Virus record (IMG/VR): IMGVR_UViG_3300020042_011315
Coordinates: 1 to 54,767 of that record
Source of the DNA: a virus
Lineage: Duplodnaviria > Caudoviricetes
Direction: 5' to 3' (one strand)
DNA: 54,767 bases
Made by a program: the position numbers and the translations under genes. Positions 45,890 to 54,767 of the stretch are shown piece after piece (the stretch's first letter is position 1; each line of letters starts with the position of its first letter). The notes beneath the pieces are model-generated. The model saw only the letters and a program-made list of their open reading frames with translations, had not been told where the DNA came from and searched no databases.

Positions 45890-47910
45890 CGCAGTCCTCG
45901 ACGCAAGGTGTAGTGAACGATGATGTTGTTCACTGTAAAAGAGGCAAAAAGATCAGAAACCGAAGAAATCCGAATAGCCATGTTTTCAGCAGTACCAGTA
46001 ACCTCTATCTCAGATGGGCTTATGTCTGAGCCATCCCAAACAAAATTGTCCCAACTCATTTCATCCCAATAACTTGATCTCAAGTCGTTTTGGTATGAGG
46101 CATCATCGGGCTGGCTAAGTGCAAGAGTGCGGTACCCTAAGTCGTAGCCAAATTGAATCTCGGCATAGGAATTGCCGGTCAACTCAACGCTGGCTCTTCG
46201 ATAGCGTTTTAAAATTCTGGGTGATTTGATGGAGTTGTAAACCAAATTGACGTTGGCCGGAATAGCGTCACCGTCAAAGCTGGTACCCAAATCCATTTGA
46301 TACACAAAGCCATTAGTAGAACCAAAGAACTGAACAGTTCCGCCGTTGGGCGCTTCTGAGTCAACGCAACAATTGATTGCGTCGGTGAACTCAATAGGCA
46401 TGCTGCCTATTAGATTTCCGTTTAAAACCGTCATGTACAAACCCGAGCCGTCAGAAAAAAATACGCGGTATTGGCCCTTATCCCGGTTGACAGTGCTTCC
46501 AATGGCTAGTTCCCTGCGCGTGGAAATAAACTTTTGAATGTTCATGGTCAGTGCGGCCGGCAAAAAGTTACCGAAGTTAAGAGTCGTTCCCAAACTCATA
46601 ATGCCTCGGTCATCAAATACGTATGCTTGGTCCATGGTCTGGGCCGTGTAGGCATATGCTCCAGTGCCAGTGTTAAAACTGCTTAAGCTAAAGTTTGCTG
46701 AGCTGGTCCCGTAGAGCACACTCGTTTCGTTGCGGGTGTAAATAGCTAAAGCGCCACTAGACTGATCTCCAGGCAGCACAAGCAAATTAGTCACGGCCGC
46801 GTTCATCGCAATCTCGCCGGCACCTAAAAGCGGTGTCCACTGGTACGGATAGCCCAAACCAGAAAATTGAACCGAAGCACCAAAGCTTAAAAACAAATGC
46901 TGTTTGTGAAACGCTAAATGATTGGGCGTGTCTACAGTCATGCCCGTTTTAATTGGCACAAACGTCGTGCCATCAAACTCAAATGCGCGGTTAACGCCGT
47001 CGCACCCATAAAGCTTGTAGTTGGCCGTGCCGCCACCAAAGTTAGCAACCACCGTCTCGTAACGCCCACCTGTGGTGAGAGTTATTTGCGTGGCCGCACC
47101 GCCCGCTTTAGCTTTTACCGCGGCCGCAACTGTTAAGTTCTCGCCACTTGTAAAAACGCCAGTAGTGGAAGAAAGAATTAATCTTCCGGCCGCAGTGCCC
47201 GCAGCAAAAGTGCCGGACTCCAGAACAACGCGGGCCACGATACCCGTTGCCGCACTGCTAGCCCCAGTGACCGTGTTCCCATCTGCGATCGCGGCCGTAC
47301 CCGTGTTAAATATCAGCTCTTTTCCAAGCGTGACAGCTGTCCAGCCGCTCGATGTTGATTTGTACATCGACGTTGAGCGCCAAGCGTACACAGTTCCAGA
47401 ATAGTAAGCCACGCCCAAAACCGATCCCGCTCCAGGCACTTCGGAAATGTCATTTCGATACACGTCGGCTGCAGCGTTCTTGTAGGTCGCATCTGTGTAC
47501 CCATCAGCCGCTAGACCTTGAATTGAAGTGAGCGTTGCAACTGGCAAACCCCCCACGTTTAAAGTCTCGGCAGCTACAAAAGTTCCGGTCTCTTTCGTAA
47601 TCACAATCGTGGTCGAAGTAACCGCAATGACGTAACCCGTAGCCGCTGATGTAACCCCTGTAATTGTGTTTCCAACAGCGACAGTGCCGGTTATGACGCA
47701 AACAAAGACGTTATACCCCGCACCCGATGGACTTGGATGCCCGTCAAATCTTTCGTACCCAGCTATTCTTGAATACCCTCCGTTAATGCTGCATTCAAAA
47801 TTTGCTGCACGTCGCGCTACACCAGGAGGCAGTGACAGCGTTGGAGTAATTTGGTCTAGACCGCCACTTAGTCTAATTAGGTCATAGTTAACGGGGACGG
47901 CTTTAAACAT
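45886..47910 (-). CDS. Tail nozzle / tubular protein B-like
   Basis: 674-aa beta-rich protein with L.GGL N-terminus; follows the adaptor gene. Confidence 0.7.
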   Translation of the reverse strand: MFKAVPVNYDLIRLSGGLDQITPTLSLPPGVARRAANFECSINGGYSRIAGYERFDGHPSPSGAGYNVFVCVITGTVAVGNTITGVTSAATGYVIAVTSTTIVITKETGTFVAAETLNVGGLPVATLTSIQGLAADGYTDATYKNAAADVYRNDISEVPGAGSVLGVAYYSGTVYAWRSTSMYKSTSSGWTAVTLGKELIFNTGTAAIADGNTVTGASSAATGIVARVVLESGTFAAGTAAGRLILSSTTGVFTSGENLTVAAAVKAKAGGAATQITLTTGGRYETVVANFGGGTANYKLYGCDGVNRAFEFDGTTFVPIKTGMTVDTPNHLAFHKQHLFLSFGASVQFSGLGYPYQWTPLLGAGEIAMNAAVTNLLVLPGDQSSGALAIYTRNETSVLYGTSSANFSLSSFNTGTGAYAYTAQTMDQAYVFDDRGIMSLGTTLNFGNFLPAALTMNIQKFISTRRELAIGSTVNRDKGQYRVFFSDGSGLYMTVLNGNLIGSMPIEFTDAINCCVDSEAPNGGTVQFFGSTNGFVYQMDLGTSFDGDAIPANVNLVYNSIKSPRILKRYRRASVELTGNSYAEIQFGYDLGYRTLALSQPDDASYQNDLRSSYWDEMSWDNFVWDGSDISPSEIEVTGTAENMAIRISSVSDLFASFTVNNIIVHYTLRRGLR

Positions 47911-47913
47911 ACG

Positions 47914-48594
47914 TTATGCCAAGGGAGGTCCACTGATGATGGTTGGAAGCTGGTCAATGTTGATTCGCTCCATAAGGCGCTTGAATTCAAATTCAGCGCG
48001 CTGATACACCTCTGGCGCAGACTCATAGCCTGCGTAGTAGTACATCGCCCTGTAGACAATCGCCATGTGGTAATTCACAGGCAGTACCGGCGTGTCCGCG
48101 TCCGCTGACAACTCCACCGGCAAGATGTAGTACTCACCATCGATGACATACGCCTGGTCAGGGATCGAGCCTAATCCCAGCCGCTTTTCTGGATCGATGG
48201 TCACCACCACCGGCCGTGCATAAGTCGTGCGCATGTTGCCGTACATGTACAGATTCCTAAACGTCGCGTAGTCCATGTAATTCATCAACTGCTCGTCGGC
48301 ATAGTTTTGCCCAACTGAGCTGCACCTAAAACTATCCCTCTTCCAATTGGCAAACGTAGTGCCAATCCCCGCTTGTGTAGCGGTGTAAAACTGCTGCTGC
48401 GTTGTGCAAGTAAACGTGACCGGTTCACGCATAAAAAGCCAGTCCTCTTTGCTTGTCTGGATATCAACCCAGGCTGACGTTACCCAGCTTGCCACGCGAG
48501 CGGCTTCTCCAGTGAGGCTCTGCGCAGTTATAAGCGCCGCTCCCGAGATGCCGCACTCAATACGAGTGCGGTTAACAAGCTGAAGATAGTTCAT
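47914..48594 (-). CDS. Head-tail adaptor / tubular protein A-like
   Basis: MNYLQLVNR...W.DIQ...W.F...P.LP..YH.AIVYRA motif. Confidence 0.75.
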   Translation of the reverse strand: MNYLQLVNRTRIECGISGAALITAQSLTGEAARVASWVTSAWVDIQTSKEDWLFMREPVTFTCTTQQQFYTATQAGIGTTFANWKRDSFRCSSVGQNYADEQLMNYMDYATFRNLYMYGNMRTTYARPVVVTIDPEKRLGLGSIPDQAYVIDGEYYILPVELSADADTPVLPVNYHMAIVYRAMYYYAGYESAPEVYQRAEFEFKRLMERINIDQLPTIISGPPLA

Positions 48595-49013
48595 GCAGGC
48601 TCAGCTAACACATGCTGCAACCACGCGCGCCCGCGAGGGTTGGTGTCCTCAACCAGGTCAAAGGGGTAGCAAAGTCCATGGCGTGCAACCATGTCAATCT
48701 GGTCTGGTGCAGATGCGTTGCGCGTGATCTGTGAGTACTTGGTCTCCTTCATGCGAGCCAGCACTTCAACATACTTACGGCGAACCGAGGTGGGATAACC
48801 GCGAATGATCGGCTGGTTGGTGCCGTTCACATTAACAATCACTTGGGGTGACTGATTCTCATCAGTCGTTGAATGCACCGTGATAGTGACGAGCTCATTC
48901 ATAAATGACTCTTCACTTGCCAGGGCGCTGAAATCTTTTGTCTCTGTCAAAGTCTCGATGACTGGTGCATCATCAGTAATCTCAATACCTTTTACAGCTT
49001 CTTTTCTTACCAT
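48591..49013 (-). CDS. Conserved virion-module protein
   Basis: VNVNG....I.RG....V.RKYVEVLAR motif, common after N4-gp56-type capsid genes. Confidence 0.75.
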   Translation of the reverse strand: MVRKEAVKGIEITDDAPVIETLTETKDFSALASEESFMNELVTITVHSTTDENQSPQVIVNVNGTNQPIIRGYPTSVRRKYVEVLARMKETKYSQITRNASAPDQIDMVARHGLCYPFDLVEDTNPRGRAWLQHVLAEPA

Positions 49014-49034
49014 GCGTTTCTCCGGTTGATTAAT

Positions 49035-49063
49035 AAAAAAAGGGCCGCATAAAGCGACCCTTT
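49035..49063 (-). terminator. Intrinsic terminator after the capsid/decoration genes
   Basis: AGGG.CGC/GCG.CCCT hairpin with T7 on the - strand. Confidence 0.65.
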
Positions 49064-49095
49064 GAAAATCTCCTGATAAAGGAGAAAGGCAACAA

Positions 49096-49533
49096 TTACA
49101 GTGCTGAACCAGGCATGTCCATGCAATCGTAGAACTCGTCCGTAATGCCTGATGCGCTGAGGTCGGTAGTGGCTGGGGTGAACGTGGCAGCAGAGCTGGT
49201 GGTCACCTTAATCAAGCCGACCAAGGTTGTGTTGGCTGTTGACTGCGAAGGCACTGGGCAAGGATCGCCAGAGGCAACGATTGGACCTTGTGTAGTCGTC
49301 ACGGTGCCGGAGGTGTTTATCCAAACAGCGAACAAACAAGCCTGGCTTGCTGCTAAGGCAGTGCCTGTGCTGAAGGCCAAGTTGTCGGTAGCAGCTTTAG
49401 ACTTAAAAACACCGTTGTTGGTAAAAGTCAAGGTGTTGACAGTTTTGAAAGTGCCACTGTTAGTACCTTCAGCTAAGCCGGCCGCGGTAAGCGAGAGATA
49501 GCCACTATTGGCTTGTTCAATGTTGTATGACAT
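49096..49533 (-). CDS. Putative capsid decoration protein
   Basis: Thr/Ala-rich beta protein downstream of the capsid gene. Confidence 0.65.
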   Translation of the reverse strand: MSYNIEQANSGYLSLTAAGLAEGTNSGTFKTVNTLTFTNNGVFKSKAATDNLAFSTGTALAASQACLFAVWINTSGTVTTTQGPIVASGDPCPVPSQSTANTTLVGLIKVTTSSAATFTPATTDLSASGITDEFYDCMDMPGSAL

Positions 49534-49555
49534 TTTGAGATTTCCTTTAAAAAGA

Positions 49556-50056
49556 TTACGAAACCGTTGCTGAGAACGGTGTGGCTTCTGTGCCAGTGGC
49601 AGCGGTGAAAACGCTCACGCCAAAGGTGCCAGCAATCATGTCGATGATCTCAATGTGATCGCCGATGATGCCGCCTGTGGTGGTGCCGTTAAGCGTGATG
49701 GTGTCGCTACTAGCGGCCGTGGCGTAACCCAAGACCGTTGCCGATCCATCACTGACCACGAACGCCCGGCCAGTCAACACGTCGGTGGCGTTAGCCACCT
49801 TGATGGTTGTCGAGTTAGACGTTACGGTTGCGCCAATAACGAAGCGATAGATCGAACCCGTGCCAGTTGCGTTAGGCAGCGTTACCGCGCACCCCGCGAC
49901 AGCATTGATCACGATCGTGCGTCCTGCGTGCACATCCTTTGTGCAAGTAAGCGTTGAGCCGGTAGCGCTGATGGGCGTTGTAGAAAGCACTGCGCCGTCT
50001 ACATTGCCCGGCAGAACACCGTTATTTAAGAGGCCATGAAAAACTGGATTACTCAT
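49556..50056 (-). CDS. Putative capsid decoration / minor structural protein
   Basis: HAGRTI...TLP.ATG.G..YRF...D.ITLNGTTTGG...ATPFS motif. Confidence 0.7.
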   Translation of the reverse strand: MSNPVFHGLLNNGVLPGNVDGAVLSTTPISATGSTLTCTKDVHAGRTIVINAVAGCAVTLPNATGTGSIYRFVIGATVTSNSTTIKVANATDVLTGRAFVVSDGSATVLGYATAASSDTITLNGTTTGGIIGDHIEIIDMIAGTFGVSVFTAATGTEATPFSATVS

Positions 50057-50066
50057 GGTGATCCCC

Positions 50067-51128
50067 TCACAGAGCTGTCACGCCGGCTTCGATACGTGCC
50101 ATGAAGGCATCGTTCAAACGCACAGTGGCAAACCAAGTGCTGGCGCCGACATAACCGAACTGACCCAAAGGGTTGGCGTGGTTGGTTTGACTCGCTTTAA
50201 GCACAATCGGTTTGATCGCCGACATGCCTTTAAGCGCAACTTGTCCCCAGCAGTCTTCACCAATGATGATGAAGGGATACACGTCAACGCTTGTGCCGCC
50301 TACGGACAACATGCCGCTCGAGCCAACGCTTGCACCGGCCGCTGCAAAAGACTTGAGCAGTGGTGAGGAGATGAAGCGAAAGTCCTCGCAGTTACCAACT
50401 TCACGGTCATGGATTGGTTTGAATGAACCGTACTCTTCCACTTTGGTAAAGCCAGGCAAGTTGCGAATATCAGACACCGCATCTGTGTGAACAAACACAA
50501 TGTATGAAGGCTGCACAGCGCGTGTACCGAAGTTCACACCGGGGGCCAAGCGTGAAGTCACGCGGCGAGCACGGTTAGATTCCAAGGTACGAGCGGCTTT
50601 GCGCAGTGCGTTCAAGTTCACGGCCGTGTTCACAGCAGCGCGGCTAGAGCCGTTAGCGTAGATCACAGTAGAGCCGGCCTTCAACACACCGTAGCGAACC
50701 ATCTCCATCACTTCGGCCAAGGTCTCGCCCGTGAGCTTGACCATCTCGCCTGGGATGTCGTCTTCGTACAGTTGCTCAACCTTAGAGCTGTACTTGAACA
50801 GTACGCCATATTGCTGAAGTTGCACGGTGACGTCTTGGAACGAAATCGTATTGGAGTTTGGCGTTACACCCTCAGCCAATACAAAGTTGCTTGCAGTGAT
50901 ATCAGGCGTACCAACATATCGAGATGTGTTCTCAATCGTTGTGCCAGCGGTTGAAGCGCCAAAAGGCAAAGTACGACGGAACACAAGAGTGTCTGTCGAG
51001 TTTTGCGGCATCTCGCGCTGCGTTCCAAAGTCACCAAGAACGGTGATTGGTTGGGCGTGCTCAAGCATGCCTTGTGCTGCGCGAATTAGATTTCGCGATG
51101 CAACGGTGCCATAGTTTTGAATGGACAT
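50067..51128 (-). CDS. Major capsid protein, N4-gp56 family
   Basis: MPQNSTDTLVFRR, L.EGVTP, LQQYG, E.G..EDFRFI, NPLGQFGYVG, LNDAFMARIE. Confidence 0.9.
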   Translation of the reverse strand: MSIQNYGTVASRNLIRAAQGMLEHAQPITVLGDFGTQREMPQNSTDTLVFRRTLPFGASTAGTTIENTSRYVGTPDITASNFVLAEGVTPNSNTISFQDVTVQLQQYGVLFKYSSKVEQLYEDDIPGEMVKLTGETLAEVMEMVRYGVLKAGSTVIYANGSSRAAVNTAVNLNALRKAARTLESNRARRVTSRLAPGVNFGTRAVQPSYIVFVHTDAVSDIRNLPGFTKVEEYGSFKPIHDREVGNCEDFRFISSPLLKSFAAAGASVGSSGMLSVGGTSVDVYPFIIIGEDCWGQVALKGMSAIKPIVLKASQTNHANPLGQFGYVGASTWFATVRLNDAFMARIEAGVTAL

Positions 51129-51155
51129 GGTGAATATTCCTTAAATGTTTAAATT

Positions 51156-52034
51156 TCAATAACCACGCTGCGCTTTGGTTTTTTCGCGCTTTGTGGCTTC
51201 GTAGTTCCAGAGTTCTTCCGGTGAGAGGTCATCCAATGTCTTGGGCGGCGCCACTTGTCCCGGTCGAGTTACCGCGGCAGCAGCTAGTCGTGCTCCGCGT
51301 TCTTGCTTGATTTCTGATGCAGGCTTTGCTTTTGCAATTTGGAACATGTCCAACATGCGAATTGCATCCTTGGCCGCGGGTGAGCCAGCTAAAGCGCGGG
51401 TCTCGGGTGTTTGCACTGAAAACCAATTGGCAAACTCGGGCGTGTTAACCGTCGTCTCCCAGTCCTCGTACTTTCCCTCGATGCGGGCTTTCTCTAACTC
51501 GCGCGCCATCTCCTGTCTGGACTCAGAGACTTGCTGCTGCACATACCCAGCCACCTGTTCAGGCGTTAGGTTTGACTGCTGCGAGACCCCGGCCATCTTG
51601 GCGGTGACGTACTCTTCCATGGCCCCTGCCCACTCAGGAAAATCTTCCTTGAGCTGATCCCATTTCTCAGGGTTGGCCGTTGCGGTAACGATCTGCTTTT
51701 GCGATGGCGCGTCAGCGACTTGCGTTGCAGCTCGGCGGGCCAACTCAGCGTCTCGTTGCATCGCCGCGACACGACCCTCTGTCGTTTTTACGTGATGCAG
51801 CAACTGAGCGTTTGCTTGTGCCAGCTCATCAATCTGAGCAAGTTTTGCTCTGACCGTGTCTGACAACCCAGCAAGTGGGTCTACCGGCTCAACACTCGCG
51901 GGCTCTTGGTCGGGACTTGGCGAAGCTTCTTCCGCAACAACGATCTCTTCTTGTGCGGGTGACGCATCACCGGCTTCGAGAATCGCTGCTTCCTCGTTCC
52001 ACAGCTCTTGCATGTTTTCTTGGTTTTCTTCCAC
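51156..52034 (-). CDS. Capsid scaffolding protein
   Basis: Acidic coiled-coil protein immediately upstream of the capsid gene. Confidence 0.7.
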   Translation of the reverse strand: MEENQENMQELWNEEAAILEAGDASPAQEEIVVAEEASPSPDQEPASVEPVDPLAGLSDTVRAKLAQIDELAQANAQLLHHVKTTEGRVAAMQRDAELARRAATQVADAPSQKQIVTATANPEKWDQLKEDFPEWAGAMEEYVTAKMAGVSQQSNLTPEQVAGYVQQQVSESRQEMARELEKARIEGKYEDWETTVNTPEFANWFSVQTPETRALAGSPAAKDAIRMLDMFQIAKAKPASEIKQERGARLAAAAVTRPGQVAPPKTLDDLSPEELWNYEATKREKTKAQRGY

Positions 52035-52049
52035 TTTTTAAACGCCCAT

Positions 52050-52074
52050 AAAAAAACCGCCTCGAGGGCGGTTT
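52050..52074 (-). terminator. Intrinsic terminator
   Basis: AAACCGCC-tcgag-GGCGGTTT with T7 on the - strand. Confidence 0.7.
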
Positions 52075-52095
52075 GGCTAACAAAGCTGAATGGGA

Positions 52096-52296
52096 TCAAT
52101 CGTCCGGTTCAGCAGCTACACCCCGAGTTGCTTGGTTAGGCAAGTCGAGAATTCTTTTAAGCACTTTGATCTCACCGCGAAGCGCGGCGGTCTGGTTATC
52201 TGTGAGGTCTGCGTCGTTTTTAAGACGCGCTTTTTCTAACTCAATTTCAGTCCAGCGGCGTAGCTGATGCCAACCAGGGGCGCTGAAATCAAACAT
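52096..52296 (-). CDS. Small conserved head-module protein (Bbp19-like position)
   Basis: DF...W.....E.ELE.AR.KND......TA.LRG.I..LK..L.L motif; likely start 52296. Confidence 0.7.
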   Translation of the reverse strand: MFDFSAPGWHQLRRWTEIELEKARLKNDADLTDNQTAALRGEIKVLKRILDLPNQATRGVAAEPDD

Positions 52297-52355
52297 AAAA
52301 AAAGGGCATAGGTGCCCGTGGCTGATATTGTGCGGAATTGATAGACATAAGTCAA
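52297..52355 (-). promoter_or_regulatory. Internal promoter followed by a short hairpin and T-run
   Basis: TTGACT-N17-CACAAT (52355-52327), then GGGCAC-ctat-GCCC-T7. Confidence 0.5.
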
Positions 52356-52987
52356 TGACTCTCTTTTTCCTTGAAGTCGTAAAACCAATCGTCACCTGCA
52401 GCCCATTTGCGAGAACCATCAACCGACCACAAATGTTTAGCAGCTTGAAAATCAGGAAACTTTGTCTCAACTGGAATCAAACTTTGGTCGTACCAGAGAC
52501 ATCTGTTATTTGGTTGCGCTGCAAATTGTCCGTTCTCAAGTCGAATAAAGTTGAATGACTTGTGCTCTTCGGCTTGCTCTGTGAATCCCGTATCCAAGTC
52601 CATGCCGTCCGCACAAAAATCAACCGTAAATAAATACTGACCAAAATGCCACTGCCGGTCTTTACCAAGAAACTTCACCCCCAAATTACGCAAAACTATT
52701 TTTTCAACAATCGTGAACCTGTACCCCATACAGTCCCAAAGCTGAAGAACGTCAATAGGCAAATCACCCACAGCGTCTTTCCAAACATAAGCATGCAGTG
52801 GCAACTTGTCATATAGGGCCCCGTAGTTGGGCAACAAACTCTCAATCCTGAACACCTGGCCGCGCAGTGCTTTCAGAGACACCCACACGGCCGGCTCCAG
52901 CTCGCCGTGCCCACTCTCGCCGTTGTACAAAAACTCTCTTTTGACAAAACACTGGATAGGCGGCAAGGACGCAACTAAAAAACTCAT
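52352..52987 (-). CDS. Conserved hypothetical phage protein
   Basis: LPP..CFV.REFLY...GALYDKLP...LQLWDC...EHKSFN...NGQFAAQPNNR; a widespread phage family of unknown function. Confidence 0.8.
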   Translation of the reverse strand: MSFLVASLPPIQCFVKREFLYNGESGHGELEPAVWVSLKALRGQVFRIESLLPNYGALYDKLPLHAYVWKDAVGDLPIDVLQLWDCMGYRFTIVEKIVLRNLGVKFLGKDRQWHFGQYLFTVDFCADGMDLDTGFTEQAEEHKSFNFIRLENGQFAAQPNNRCLWYDQSLIPVETKFPDFQAAKHLWSVDGSRKWAAGDDWFYDFKEKESH

Positions 52988-53358
52988 TCCAAAAACCTTA
53001 ACTTGTAGAGCGTTGCTTGATAAAGCGAGACCGCCTCATCAATTAAATTGTGAAGAGCTGTCTCACTTCTTGCACAAATTTGTTCACGGTTGTCTTCAAT
53101 CCAAGCCATTTGCTGCTCAAGCACATCTGCAATTTCTCCAGCATATTCGTTCTCCAGTAATGGGATATCCAGCAATTCGTTATAGCGACCTTGACAGGCT
53201 TCAGCAAAAGAATCTGCCCGCTCCACAATGCTTTCGTAAAAAGTACCTAATGCCATGTGCGCAGCAAAGCTGCCCGGGCCTGTGGCTTTCAAATGCGCTC
53301 GATGCGCCATATCGCGCGCTAGGAATAACAGCGCGACGTAATGACCAGCCTCTTTCAT
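52984..53358 (-). CDS. Ferritin/Dps-like (DUF5856-type) protein
   Basis: HRAHL...SFAAHMAL..FY......D..AEA.QG...LYKLRFL. Confidence 0.75.
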   Translation of the reverse strand: MKEAGHYVALLFLARDMAHRAHLKATGPGSFAAHMALGTFYESIVERADSFAEACQGRYNELLDIPLLENEYAGEIADVLEQQMAWIEDNREQICARSETALHNLIDEAVSLYQATLYKLRFLE

Positions 53359-53717
53359 CAGTAGGCTTTTTTATCAAACATTGCTTTGACGGCCACCACA
53401 ACGCTGATCGTTGAGCTAGTGCCGCCAGTGGTGACCGCGCGAATGTAGCCAGGGTTCTCCGTTACTTTGCGTATGCCAGCCGCAGTGAACGATGTGTTCG
53501 TGCCAATCCAGGCATTAAGCGTTGCCCAGTTGGTTCCATCGTTTGATCCCTGCAGCACCGCCGTAGCACTCCCGAACGTACCCGAGACTTGCACGGTCAG
53601 GTCAGCCGCATAAGGCAGTGGGAACGCTGTCCCCGTGTCCGCATCGGCAAGCGCCCAAGTCACAAGAACCGCGCCGTTTAAGCTGTTTCTATCTGTAGTC
53701 GCATTTACGCTAGCCAT
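53358..53717 (-). CDS. Hypothetical beta-rich virion-module protein
   Basis: VQVSGTFG.A...LQGSNDG..W motif; AAGGA RBS. Confidence 0.75.
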   Translation of the reverse strand: MASVNATTDRNSLNGAVLVTWALADADTGTAFPLPYAADLTVQVSGTFGSATAVLQGSNDGTNWATLNAWIGTNTSFTAAGIRKVTENPGYIRAVTTGGTSSTISVVVAVKAMFDKKAY

Positions 53718-53744
53718 GGTGAATTTCCTTTATTTGGGTGGTTT

Positions 53745-54767
53745 TTAAATGCCTGATCCAGCGACCAGCTTCAAGCGCTGCTCCGCAGCGAAGAGCTCCT
53801 TCTTACCGCGCTCTTTAATCGCCGTGTCGGCCAGCTTGGCCTTGATTTGTTCCAGCGTCATGTTCTGGTTGTTAGAGAGCTTGAGCATTTCGATCTCTCT
53901 AGTCATCTGCAACTCAGCCATGCGCATCTGCGCTTGCTGCTGAGCGATTTGCTGGCGCGTTTGAAGCTCCATCATGTCACTCTGGTTTTGCACCTTCGCC
54001 TGCTCCATCGTGGCCTGCGCCCTGATCTGAGCTGCCATAAGTCGTGGATCTTGCTGCTGCCCTTGCTGGGCGGCTTGCTTTTGCTGCTCTTTGATCTGAT
54101 CGATCTCCTCGTCCGACTTAAACACCTCTGCCGGATCGATGTGCTGCGCTTGCAACGCTTTCTCAAACAGCTTCTTAGTATCCAAATACATGCCGTAAAT
54201 TGGATTGGATCCCGCTGCTAATAAATTCAAAAAGCTCTGGTTCTGGATGTCACGTATCAGAAGCGCGCTTGAGCCCCGCGCATCAATGGTGAAGTCGCCT
54301 TTGACTTCCTCATCCTCGTTGTACATCATGTTGTAGTCGTAGTAACGTTTGATGTGAGGCTTGGTAACCATGTCATCGAACTGCTTGACTAGCCGGCGCA
54401 ACACAACATTACTGTTGTTCATCAATAGCTGCATGCCGCCCACCGTGTCCGGTGCGCTGCCCTTCTCACCCTGCATGAGCATGGGCACTCCCGTCTCCTG
54501 GTCAGCAAGTTCTGCCGCCATCTTGATGATGGCTGAGAGTTCAGCTTGGTGAGAGTTGAACTCGAACGTCGTGAAGGCTTTGCGCACATCGTCCACGTCA
54601 TCACTCGCATACCAAATCTTGCGGCTACTAAGCTGCCACTGCTTATCTGCCGGTTGAATAGTGCCCGCCTTGATCACAATCTGCGGCCCACTCGATACAC
54701 CCGCGTTATCCATCATTTGGCGCCACGCCGCATTTAAAACCTTCTGCTGCGCACGCATCAAATACGG
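53745..54767 (-). CDS. Portal protein, 5'-truncated by the window edge
   Basis: AWRQMMDN...SGPQI, ADQETGVP...QG, DF.I.ARGSS and a Q-rich C-terminal barrel (P22-like portal). Confidence 0.85.
   Translation of the reverse strand, partial: PYLMRAQQKVLNAAWRQMMDNAGVSSGPQIVIKAGTIQPADKQWQLSSRKIWYASDDVDDVRKAFTTFEFNSHQAELSAIIKMAAELADQETGVPMLMQGEKGSAPDTVGGMQLLMNNSNVVLRRLVKQFDDMVTKPHIKRYYDYNMMYNEDEEVKGDFTIDARGSSALLIRDIQNQSFLNLLAAGSNPIYGMYLDTKKLFEKALQAQHIDPAEVFKSDEEIDQIKEQQKQAAQQGQQQDPRLMAAQIRAQATMEQAKVQNQSDMMELQTRQQIAQQQAQMRMAELQMTREIEMLKLSNNQNMTLEQIKAKLADTAIKERGKKELFAAEQRLKLVAGSGI

Noticed and set aside
27552-54737. Numerous + strand ORFs of 60-200 aa opposite the structural genes
   Set aside because: Antisense shadows of long - strand genes, without RBS or recognisable motifs.
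1-54767. Alternative genetic code or stop-codon reassignment
   Set aside because: Core genes are intact and tightly packed under the standard bacterial code.

Overview
Most of the genome of a temperate, podovirus-like tailed phage with an APSE/BPP-1/Bcep-type gene set, probably from a betaproteobacterial host (inference). The phage is seen in its excised form, with an intact attP in the middle of the window. Layout: a terminase fragment (1-382) that is inverted relative to the other late genes; first late gene and late promoter (464-849); AT-rich accessory island 1 (933-3811); leftward Q-like antiterminator, SNF2 helicase, VRR-NUC, iteron origin, primase-helicase and Cro (4005-9304); an unusual CI-like repressor; a rightward operon with Cas4-like DUF2800, DUF2815 SSB, family A DNA polymerase and Xis (10913-17136); tyrosine integrase and attP with a tRNA-Asn-like 3' core (17178-18470); a 9-kb accessory island of mostly secreted or membrane proteins (18658-27280); and a leftward virion module (2748-aa polyvalent ejection protein, internal proteins, M15 endolysin, holin, tail fibre and adhesin, nozzle, adaptor, N4-gp56-type capsid, scaffold, portal). 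Most notable observations: (1) a second, inverted copy of the attP left arm plus core at 385-467, with a different 7-bp overlap; (2) a 23-bp duplication of the 3' end of the giant ejection gene that brackets a 2.3-kb insert and creates an SOS-box-led chimeric micro-ORF; (3) a GP88/radical-SAM-like domain and ART-like domains inside the ejection protein; (4) a riboswitch-like leader at 23079-23247. All family assignments come from motif recognition by eye; no database searches were run.
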